Source: Phallusia mammillata (Eukaryota). From it: DNA of 64,000 nucleotides. The stretch is taken from NCBI GenBank assembly GCA_965637545.1, contig OZ281498.1, positions 17,050,001 through 17,114,000 on the forward strand. Reading direction: 5' to 3'. Under the pieces are notes generated by a model. The model had not been told where the DNA came from. It was given only the letters and a program-made list of their open reading frames with translations, and made no database searches. Below are positions 45,101 through 55,900 of the stretch, piece by piece. Positions within the stretch are counted from its first letter, which is position 1. The number at the start of each line of letters is the position of its first letter. The position numbers were made by a program, and so were the translations under genes.

Positions 45101-48100
45101 CCTATGACAATATGGATTAATCAATCTTTTTACGTATATTGAAAACTTTACGGCGTAGTTAAGGCATATTTGAAGCAATCTGCTTTTCTCGCTACGGTTC
45201 GTGAGATTGACATATAGTTTCGATATCTTATGGGTTTGGCTTTCCTTTAGCAAACTTTGGAGGCACCCGAAACAGCACAATAATAGCAGTAGTTCGATGA
45301 AAAGTGACATGTACCGATGAAAGACCTTTGCGCTTCATTAGTTATCGCCATTGGTTCGTCAAAACAGTTTGGACAGTTGCACGCCCTTGCCTTTGATAGA
45401 AGTGTCAAGACATACATTAATTATGCCTGATGTTAACCTTATAATCCTTAAAGAACGAGTGGGTGGCAGTTTGTTCGGGGGAGAAAATACACATCATTAT
45501 CAAAACAAATGTTTTCATTTACAATACAATTTTGAATAAAAAATATCTAAAGGTCAGGAAAGTAACTAGAGAAGTGACCAAAATGACTTGATCAGCTCCG
45601 ATATTTATGGTATAACTTGCCAAACAAATAAATAGAAACTCTTGTTGGTAATTTGGTCTGTAAAACAGATATCTCCCAATGAGAAAAAATGGCACCGCGA
45701 TACAGAGTTTATTAAAAACAGATGGAATTGAAAGAAAATGAGCCCAAATGAATTATAAACCAAAATATACGTGCTATATATTTGATAATTAAATGTTGAA
45801 AATGTTGTTTGATCAGATGTCTTGGCGATTTTACAATGCGGTCATATGAATCAACCAATCCGATGCACAACCGTTTCAGCATCAAGGCATTCCGCTTCGT
45901 TGATTCTCTTCCTGGTTTAACCAACGACACCAATGTTGCAATCAAGGTAATTGTATTGTACAACAGTATGTGCTGCACTTAAAAGAAAGTTCCAAAAAGC
46001 TAAGATGAATATGTTCACACTGGGATCAGCCCTGAAGCGTCAATACAGACCAGCGATCACGGCATACTTATCGATAAATCATAGTACTCCAGGTCCACTG
46101 AAGGTGTTAAACCCCTTTAATAGGCCTGTCGTACTATGAAGGTTCCAAAAAACTTTTTTTTCATGCTTATTGTTTGGAAAAAAACGCCTAGTTGAAAACA
46201 TAAAAAAACGCGAATTAATGTACATATTTTGGTTTCGCATGTAAGGAAGTGTTCTTGAAAAATAGCAACTCTTAAAAGCATAACGTTTTTAGTACATATA
46301 TTAGTGGAAATTAGGAAAAATCGAATAGGCTGCTCTCCACGTATTCCAAAATTTTAATTTCCTGTTCGTTGGCAGTGTTACGTTGTGGTCTGCGTCATTG
46401 ATTCCGCGACAACGACCCGTTGTTCCCGTGGATGCGTGACGTCACCGGTGAGAAGGAGGCGTGACGTGAACTACGGGAAAAGGTAAGGTTTTACTTGACG
46501 GCAGATTTGAGCCTCGTTCCCATGAATTCGAGTTACTAGATACAACAAATAAATTTTGTGGTGAATGTTTAAAAAAATGCAATATCCTGTGATAAAAGAC
46601 CTCATGAAAAGCTTTGAAGTGAGTTAATATTTAAATTCGGTTTGATCCTGAATAACGGTATTGCGAAAGTTTGTGGCAAACTTATGTAGGAGCAACAGTA
46701 GGTTGGAAATATATCTGGAGAGTTTTTTTCAGTACACATTAGCTGTACAATGACAGTATGAATGATGTGTGTTCTTATGGAATGACATAAACATGCACAA
46801 ATGGTAGCAAAGATTTTTGCCATTACATTGAAACAATAAGATAGTTAGAGAAACTTCTTTTTGTGGGTGTCAAACAGAAATCGATTTCCCTGAATTTATT
46901 TGGTAACGTTTAAATGCTAAAACTTTATGATCACGATTAGGTTAACTATAATTGTATCGTTTTGTTTATTTGTCGGTATTACAGACTAAAAAGACAGACT
47001 TCGTCTTTTAACCAGACCGTTGAGCAAGAGGTCTTTGAGTCTACAGCTCATCTGGTAGCAAGTGTTGAAGTCCAGCTGGAAAAGGAAAAAAATGGTAAGT
47101 GATTATTCCATGTTTTTGAGGAACAAACAAATGTGAGAAAACAATAAACCAAAAAAAGGAAAATGTTGCAGTTAATACACACCACAACGTGGCGCAGTCG
47201 CTGGCAAACGTATTTATCGCAAAAAATAAACCTTTATATAAGCATGAAACCTACATCAAGGATAATGTTAAAAAATCCACACCCTATAGTAATCTTATCA
47301 TTCATGTCCTTATGGAAGTGACCTATTCAAACCACATTTTCGCCTGCACCTTGATTTTTTCAAGGGTCCTCCTAGACATGGCATTTATAAGACGACAAAG
47401 AAAATACTCGCAAGACAAACAAACTGTTAGGTTGTAACTCTTCACCCAAACTTCAATAGTTACACTCAATTGCTCACTTCTAAAATGTGAGTATAGTGTT
47501 GTTGCCAGGCATTTTTGTGTTGTTGTCACGTTCCGTTTTCACGGGTACGCAAAAGATTGGGACTGACTATCGGAAGTTCCTTAATAGCTAACGTACGTGT
47601 ACTCTGATCGGCAGCAAACCTTTCCTTTCACATTTATTCACGTCCAACAACACGTAATTAAAACAACAAATTCACTAGTCCGGCGCTACTTCGGAGTTAT
47701 CTCTGTTTTATCTTATATTCTATATCTTAAATCGTTGGGTGAGGGCGCTTATATATCTTGCGTTACAATTCGGGGAAAAAGGCGTTAACTCGCTATGACC
47801 ATTTCCGGAAGATAATAACAATGAACACTGTATATAGCGAGTTTTGGCGATGTGATAAAACTGGCACAATAGAACAATAACAACACAATAGCGTCTGCAA
47901 CCATAGACTCGAGACGAGCAGAAATTACCCATGATCTGTGGTAACTGGGTTGCGGGATATTGTCATGGGCGGTCTAGAACATTTGTGACAGTTGTTACCC
48001 ACATTCATTGATTTATCACAATTATAAAGCGGATCAAATAAATATGTTCCGCCTGTGTATCAGAAAACTTGTTGGATTGGAGATGGATACTTCTGATCAT

Positions 48101-48281
48101 AGCAGCAGCATTGGGAGCTGCCCTTGTACTTCTGGCGTGTTGCAGATGTTGCTGGATCTATCCTCTGGGAAGAAGGAGGAGACGAAAAAAGGAAGAAGAC
48201 GAGTTAGAAAACCAAGACAGTGGCATCGACAACGGAGCTTTTAAAGTTCCAAAATGGTACAAGATTCCCATTGGCCACTAG
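39148..48281 (+). CDS. ZP-domain type I membrane protein with Sib-like/cadherin-like N-terminal region, Thr-rich linker and EGF (paralog A), about 821 aa
   Basis: 16 exons: 39148-39258, 39773-39978, 40324-40464, 40861-40999, 41266-41431, 41985-42111, 42361-42522, 42623-42663, 42874-43077, 43439-43635, 43981-44214, 44699-44871, 45817-45946, 46376-46482, 46985-47094, 48064-48281 (2466 nt, in frame). Signal MKAVRAVCLLLWFGIETVCA; ZP motifs VQLLC, LCGSSIV, VVCSF, FTETCIAEP, RFSIKAFRF, CYVVVC; furin site RRRR; TM WILLIIAAALGAALVLLACC. AATAAA at 48493. Confidence 0.9.
41599..41821. mobile_element. hAT MITE
   Basis: CAGGGCTCGGCAAC...GTTGCCGACCACTG; flanks GTTTAACA/GTTTAATC. Confidence 0.75.
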
Positions 48282-49936
48282 GGGGAGACATCGAGTCACA
48301 ATTTTTGTTGTACTGATGTAAAGTCAAATGAAACCTGGATTTCTCAATACATTATGTAGTGTACTGCTTTTTTTTGATAAACCTATAAATAACAAACATT
48401 TTCACCGTACTGCTTTTTATTTAGTTTCTTTAATCGTACCTTTTGCTTTGGTCCTTTGGCCATTGCTATAACGCACGTTATACTATTTGTACAATAAACT
48501 AGCGCAGATATGTGGTTATGGATGTACAGATATCAAAAGGTAACATTATATATGTTAATGTTAAACATGTTTTGAGAATATTGGTCGGTGTCAAACTTAC
48601 CTACAAGTAAAAACAAAGGGGCGGCACACATTTTTTCACAAACATTTAAAAATCATTGTTTCAAACTGCATTAGTTTCGTAATTGCGATTTCGCAATTTG
48701 TCGTCAACTTAAGCGTTAAATATACAAGGTGATCCGCAAACTTTTCAGTTTTTTTTAAAGGTACCTACAATTTGCTTGCCCACTTGAAGACCAACGTAAA
48801 TGCGTTGTTGTAATTAAATATTTATTACACAAACGGAAATTTGGATTCGTCAGTTTAAAGTTACGTTAATTTTTCCAAACTTATCGCTATTACGACGTGG
48901 CGGGTAAATTTGATATAATTTCACAGAGCTATCTGGGATATCCAAATATTGATCCGGCTAATCACAAACAATAAGACCAAAACCCCATTGAAATCAACTG
49001 CTATTTGTAGTTACACAAAAGAGCGTTGGTCCATAGAGTAAAGTAGACTAAAGTTAAAAAAAAATCTACAAATCTACAAAAAGTTGTACTAAAAAACTCG
49101 ATATGACATAAAAAATTCAATATAATCTCAAGCTCTTGTCCTTGGCGACCCTGCAAAAAACGCTTTGCAAAGTTTTGGAACAGTTGATATAAAGTATCAC
49201 ATGTTTGCAACAGTTGATGTTTTGGGAATTCTCACCCCGGAATTAAATCAGGCAGATAATTTTTGTTAAAAAAATAAAAAATAAAAAAAGGCCTTTAATT
49301 AAAGCAGTTCCAAAATGGCATGCATTCGTATAGAGACATTTTGCTGAAGGTTTGCACCTGAAAAAGTTGTTTATGGCTTAAAAATGCGGTAGAGCCAATA
49401 ACACCACTCCTCACGGCAGACCCAAATTTAGCTTATTTTCTATAAGTGGCGCAGGAGCGGAATTATTTACTATTTATTTTTCAATACAAACTATAACTTC
49501 TATTGTTAGTTTTATTGAATTTTGAATGCTAATGCCTTACCGCGACCCTAATAGTCCTAACCGTGAGCATTTTTGGAGATGTATTGCTTCAAATGACAAA
49601 AGTGCTCTTTGCGCCACCTATCGAAAATTAGCCAAATGTAGGTCTGCCGTGAGGTATGGTGTTAGTAGATTTTCCTTAAAAAGCAATAGAAAGTTGATGG
49701 TGCGCATTGTATCATGGAAAACTGTTGAATACGTAAATCACGTTCAGCTTTGTTCTCGTTTAGATCTCCACTCGTTCTTAAGTGCCAATATGTCACGCAT
49801 ACTTGAAATTTAAAAAACAAGCGAAAACACCTACACATTTAATTTGCAAAAAGGTAAGTTAATTGGTAATTCGGAAATCTAACCGCCGCCAGACTCTCAT
49901 ACAAAGTGGTGCCTATGGTGCGGGAAAATAGCAGTT

Positions 49937-52900
49937 ATGGATTGTAAACTGTTATTTGCCGTTTTTGCTGTGTTTTTTCTTAATTATGCTGATTGCTCTT
50001 TTTTCGGTGGGACTGTTAAGTGGAGGTTCTTGACGCAGTACGAAAGCGTGTCTGAGGTGGGCGACAATCTTTATTTATTTCGGCAACTTTTGATACGTAG
50101 AGGAATTAAATACCACTAAAAATCCTGTGCAGTAATAGTTGTGTTGAAGTCCAGGCAAAAACATTTATATCGAGAAAAGGCATTTTTTTAACCAACAAGT
50201 AGAGATTCAAAAAAGGATAGTCATTTCTTAATAGACAAAATCTCAAAACTGAATTTACGCAAGATATTGTTATTTAGGGTTATTTGGTTTATCATTTATG
50301 TTTCTCAAAATCATTCTCACTTCTTCGTTTCGTTGCGTCGCTTGAAAAGGAACCCATATTTTTACACCCTCAAATTAAATATCTTAAACCTACCAATTAA
50401 TTTACTGCCTGACTCACATCGACATGATTATTTTTTTAGGTCGAAACTTCTCAAACAGTTTTCCTTTCAACCGACGAAGTTTGTTCAGTGGGCGAATGGA
50501 CTTGCAGTGCAGGCTGTTCTGGGACTTTAATCGTTGATGATGCAGCTACGGCAACTTGTGACGTTACCAGTACCCACGGAGGATGGAAAATTGCCGAATA
50601 TGTTGAACGTGTGAATTTCACGTTAGATACCACCAACATTGTTCAGTCGTAAGTATGAAACTTTTCTGATATTTTAAGATTTAGAACTTTAATTTTACCT
50701 TATCCAATATATCTTGTGTTATTTTTCGACATCATCTGCATGGTTTTGAAAAAAAGCTTTGGTTGTAGATCTCCCAGATGCTGTTGGACAGAAATTGATG
50801 GCGATATCCCAGATTTCGGACTGTCGTATTCAGCAAATGTGAATCCACGCTCCGACACAGGATCCCCTAATCATCCACCACAAGTAGTATTAGATCCACT
50901 GGTCAGGTAATTAGCAATTTTCGATGATGGCAAAGAAAAAATACTTGATTGTAAAAAATGCTTGAGAGGGAAAACAGATAGATTATATTGTGCAACTCTA
51001 CTTCTCCGAATCGAAAGATCCCAGTTGAGATGGTTTGGCCATGTTAGCAGAATGCCTCAGGAAAGGCTTCCCAAACAATCTTTGCTTGGCTCGATCAAGT
51101 TGAAAGTTTAACTTGAAATCGTTTGGGACTATCTAAATTCTAAATGAAGTGAAGGAATTGGTGAAAGATCGTGAAGTGTGGAGGCTCAATCTTGAGCTGC
51201 TGCCCCCGCGACCATCAGTTAAGGATTAAGCGGGACAGAAAAATGATGATGATGATTAACAAATAAGATTTACGTTTGTAATTTTTCAGATTGCGATCCG
51301 GTTGCGTCAAAGTTGTCGATATCCGCGTCACTGATGACGACGGTGATGATGTCAGGTGCCGAATCGGAACTAATGAACTAGAGTGCGGATCCAGTAATTG
51401 CGGAGACTATCGATATTTTTCTCTGGACGAGGTCTGTGAATCACAAAAGTTACAAATTATTGAACCCATCATTCGGTACCATTTGACGAGCGGGTTCGCG
51501 TTTTGACTGGCTTTAGGATTTTAATTTCTAAAAAAAGTCCGGTTTGATGTGGAACATGATTTAACAATCGTATTGCGCGGGCCATCGAACAAATTGTCTT
51601 TTGTACAACTTACTTGAGGTAAAAATACATTCTTGTCTATGGACAGAGTTTGGACTCAAGTAAATTCAAAATATATTCAAATTCAGTTTGGGTTAGAGAT
51701 GAGTAAGTAACATTAAGATCCCGTTAGGGCTGTTATCAAATAAAGGTTTTTATTTTTTCAAATAATCAAATAATTTAAATAATTTAGAATACCTGATACA
51801 TAAAGCCCCGAGTCATAATTCAATAATGATAGATGAAATTACTGAACGAAATTGGTAATCTCTTAGTCATTAAATCTAAGCTACATCTTTTTTTTTTGTT
51901 TAAAATAATAAATTAGTACAGATAGATACATGCTTCAGTTATTCTCCGTATTTTGGGATAACCATACGTATTTCCATGTGTATTTTTTCACTTTATTTCA
52001 ACAGATTTTAAGGGGAACTTGCTGAATTGAATTGTGATCTATATCTATAACATTTTAATCACTTGTTGAATAATCTAAATTTTTAACCTATGAATTGGGT
52101 TAATGAACATTTATATAAGGCTAAAAACATATGTTGCAGTAACCGCAATTTCATAAAAATGTCACCAATGTGTTCAAGTAAATTGATTTTGCACATATAT
52201 CGAGGTATACTGCATAGGAAAAAATTATTTGATTATTTGAAATGAGTAAAAAATTATTTGATAAATTTTCAAATGATACAAAATTTCAAATAATCAAATA
52301 ATAATTATTTGTTTGATAACAGCCCTAGGTCCTATACGGAGAAAAAATTGAATGAAATTTTCCCTCAGATGTTGTCACAGTCAAAAAACAACAATCAACG
52401 ACGATATAAATGATTTGTGACAACTACTCCATGGATTGGCTTTGCTGCTATTTACTTTATTTATTATCTAAAAAAATGTTGTAGGGAAACTGTCGTCTTT
52501 TTTACAACGCCGGTGGCCCAGGTGATGTTAGATACGGAATTCGAATCGTCATCGAAGATTTTGCGCAGGCAACTGTACAGATCGGCAACGCCACATTCGG
52601 AACGGATGACGTACTTAGTTACGTCACTGCGCAATTTACAGTTGAAGGTGCAAAATGTGCAAATATACTGCAATACTTTTCGATTTATTTTTCGATCCAA
52701 AAAATGTAATGATACACCCACGACGATAAAAGTGGTTTCTGGACGACTTACAGATGCCTAAGCTTGAAGGTAAAGCTTTGTTCACAGAAAAACTGTCCTG
52801 AATCACAAATCCTCAATTTGCAGGATCTGAAAAATAAGTGATATAGATGTATTGAAAGCTCCAGTGCTGTATTTTCGAGCTGAAGTAATTCCCACTTTTT

Positions 52901-55900
52901 CTTTTTCAGTGTATTCGGATGACACGACAACCTGCAACCATGAGCCATTTTTCATTGATCCAACTCCACCAGATGGACAAACTATCGCAATAGCGAATGG
53001 AGCAACGTTCTCTACGACGTTGTACGCCTCCCCAAGTAACTCGGAATGGAGGTCGGTATGCGTATAAAATACAACATGCCTTGAAAATATTTTTGTGTTT
53101 CCTAAACACTACATAGGTTTCGATTTTTTCGGCATCGTTTCGTTTCTATTTGATATTTTTTTAACAAAATATCAATCATTAATGATTGATAAATCATTAA
53201 TGAATTGACAGCTGTAACGCAATTTTTACTTTTTTGTTTGATTTAAAGCTATTTTGTATTACTTGTTCATTTACTGGGTGCAACGTCCTTAAAACTTATT
53301 TAAGTGGTGTCTTTTTTTGTAACTGAATCAATGCATGTAACTTTTTGATCAATAAATGTTTTGTCTGTTAAAATACACACTAAAGAGGCATATATTACCC
53401 TCAAAGAGGTTTCTTCGGTTCACGTTTTACGAAACTACCACGTTGTACAACTTGAAATGTCACGCACAAGCATTTACGAACAAAGGGCCGTTACACCGTT
53501 TTTCATTTCAAATTAGACAAGAAATTGCCACTTTTGTCTATGACAACAAGCAAATCAATCTACTACTTTAAACTTGTTTTTTTTTCACAAGCATATCAGA
53601 ATTTGTGGTTTTGGGCGCCTCGAGTGCTGTAATATCGGGTGTTACATCGGATGATAGCAACGTTTACAGCGCGACTGTGCAGTGGAGCGAAGCGGCTACC
53701 GGAGGTGGAAATCATTTGTTGTGCTTCGTTGCCGTGGATTCACAAAGGTAATTTGAATAACTTAGTTTAGTAAGGCTAAAACAAGAGTATTTTGAAAACA
53801 ATAATTGGATTATTGATTTGTCACAGCAAGTCAGTGTGTCTGCAAAGTGAAAGCTAAATTTTGTTCGAAAACCGGAAGAAAACTATTGATTTCATTCTTG
53901 GTTGACATATGAAAATAGCGACGAAATATGCAAAAAATTCATCTGTTACAAAAAGCCTAGACTATTTTAGCTTAAAGTTGGCTGATCATGATTCCAAGGA
54001 AAGCAAAAAGATCCGATAACCTCTTGCTAAACCCCATTGCAGGCCAAATACTTCGATATTTTTAACGCATGGCCATCAGTCAGCTCATGTTAAAATATGC
54101 CCAAAGTACAGTGGTGAGAATCAATCTGCTTAGCAACTGGTTCGCTTAAACACCCATTGTTGATCACAAGCCATATATGGGAACCCTCCGTATGATGATT
54201 ATAATAGATCCACTCGACAAAGTTTGGCATTAACCGGTTCTCTCCCGAACCCATGCGAACCATCCGAATCCTACCACTCCCAAAATCTCATTACAAAATC
54301 ATTGTATTTCACAGTCATTCTTCAAGTCAGCATTGCATCACACTCGTGGTGGCAGGTAAGCCGTTTGATTTTTTGTTCACTACAAACTAAGTTGCCAAGC
54401 AACCAAAACTTAATTTCAGACAGCAACGATCCGTGTGATGTAAGTAATGGCGGATGTAGCGACAGATGTGTATGGGACGGTTCAGCTCCTTACATTTGCG
54501 AATGCTTCAGGTCCTGCTGGCATCTGGCAGCTGACCAACGAAATTGTATACGTGAGTTTTAATTTATAAATTGCTCAAGTGTGTCTAGTGCCAAATAAAA
54601 CAAATTTACAAGTAGTTGGACCTGTCAAACTCGAAATATCGATGAAAAATTTAAACAAAATTTAAACACTTTTAAACAGTGTCCACACTTGATATTCTAT
54701 GCTTTAATTGTTATTATTGTATTTGGCTAGTCTTTAAGACAACCAACTTTACAAGTTTCAACCAGTGGTGCACAACTTTTAGTTATTAACGGCCGAAAAA
54801 CAGGTCCTTGTTTCACCGACGGCCGCCAAACGTGTCTGAATGTTTTTTTGTTTGTTTTGAAATAAATGATTAAAAATACATAAATTCGTCTCTGATTCCG
54901 TACGGTTGTGCACCCCTGGATTAAAAAAACAATACTAACTAGATCTTAGAAATAAGTTGCGTAATAAGTAAGTCCTTTTCAGTGTGTGGGTTTATGGCGC
55001 AAATAAAACTTGTGGGGGGTAAAACGTATAAAATGCCACACAGGGCAAATTAGGCAAAAACGTATATTATTTTAGCTATGTTTGAAACAACTTGTGGGAG
55101 TGACGACATAACAGTGACTATTCCATCTTGTGCTGTGGACGAACTGATTGCCTTGTCTGACTTTGACACCGCATCACAGGATCTGACGCCAAACGAATGT
55201 CGCTATTCAAACAACGACACGTTTTATTGGTTCCAGTTTGGATTTCAAGATTGCAGCACCACATCTGAGGTGAAGACAAAATCTACTAACAGCTGTAACT
55301 GAAAATGTTTATAAAAGATGAAACTGTTTTGAGCCAACCGTTCACAAAAAAATTCTAAAAATGTTGAAAAGGTTTCGAAAGGGGTGAATTGGAATTCGGA
55401 AATTAAAGTCTGTATTCCAGTCTCTATTCTTTTGTACGCAAGAGTAAATATGCTTTCAAAATGATTTTCTTTTTAACGTTTTTACATGCTGCTTCTAAAA
55501 CTATTGTGCCATTCTTCTTTGGCATTTGAAACCTAAGGTGTTTATAAAACGATTTTTATTTTATCTACCAATCGTGTAGTTTGATCACCAATCCCTATTA
55601 TTGCATTGATCGTAACATAACACATTTAGGAGGACCTTCTTGAAATAAGATACGACAATTCGATTCGAATGTGGGTGAATCCTGAAGGAGAGGAAGGCTC
55701 AGGTTCTATAACACGAGGCCAGTGGTACAATGTCGCCATAAGATGCTCATATCCCAAACATGGATCGGTAAACGGGACATTTACTCCAGTAGAACAAGAA
55801 GTCAATCTGCTTTCAGTTCCTGGCCTTGGGACTTTCAGCTTTTATTTCAATTTCTTTAGCGATGTCTCGTTCGAAGTGAGTGAATGCTTAAGTCGTTTTT

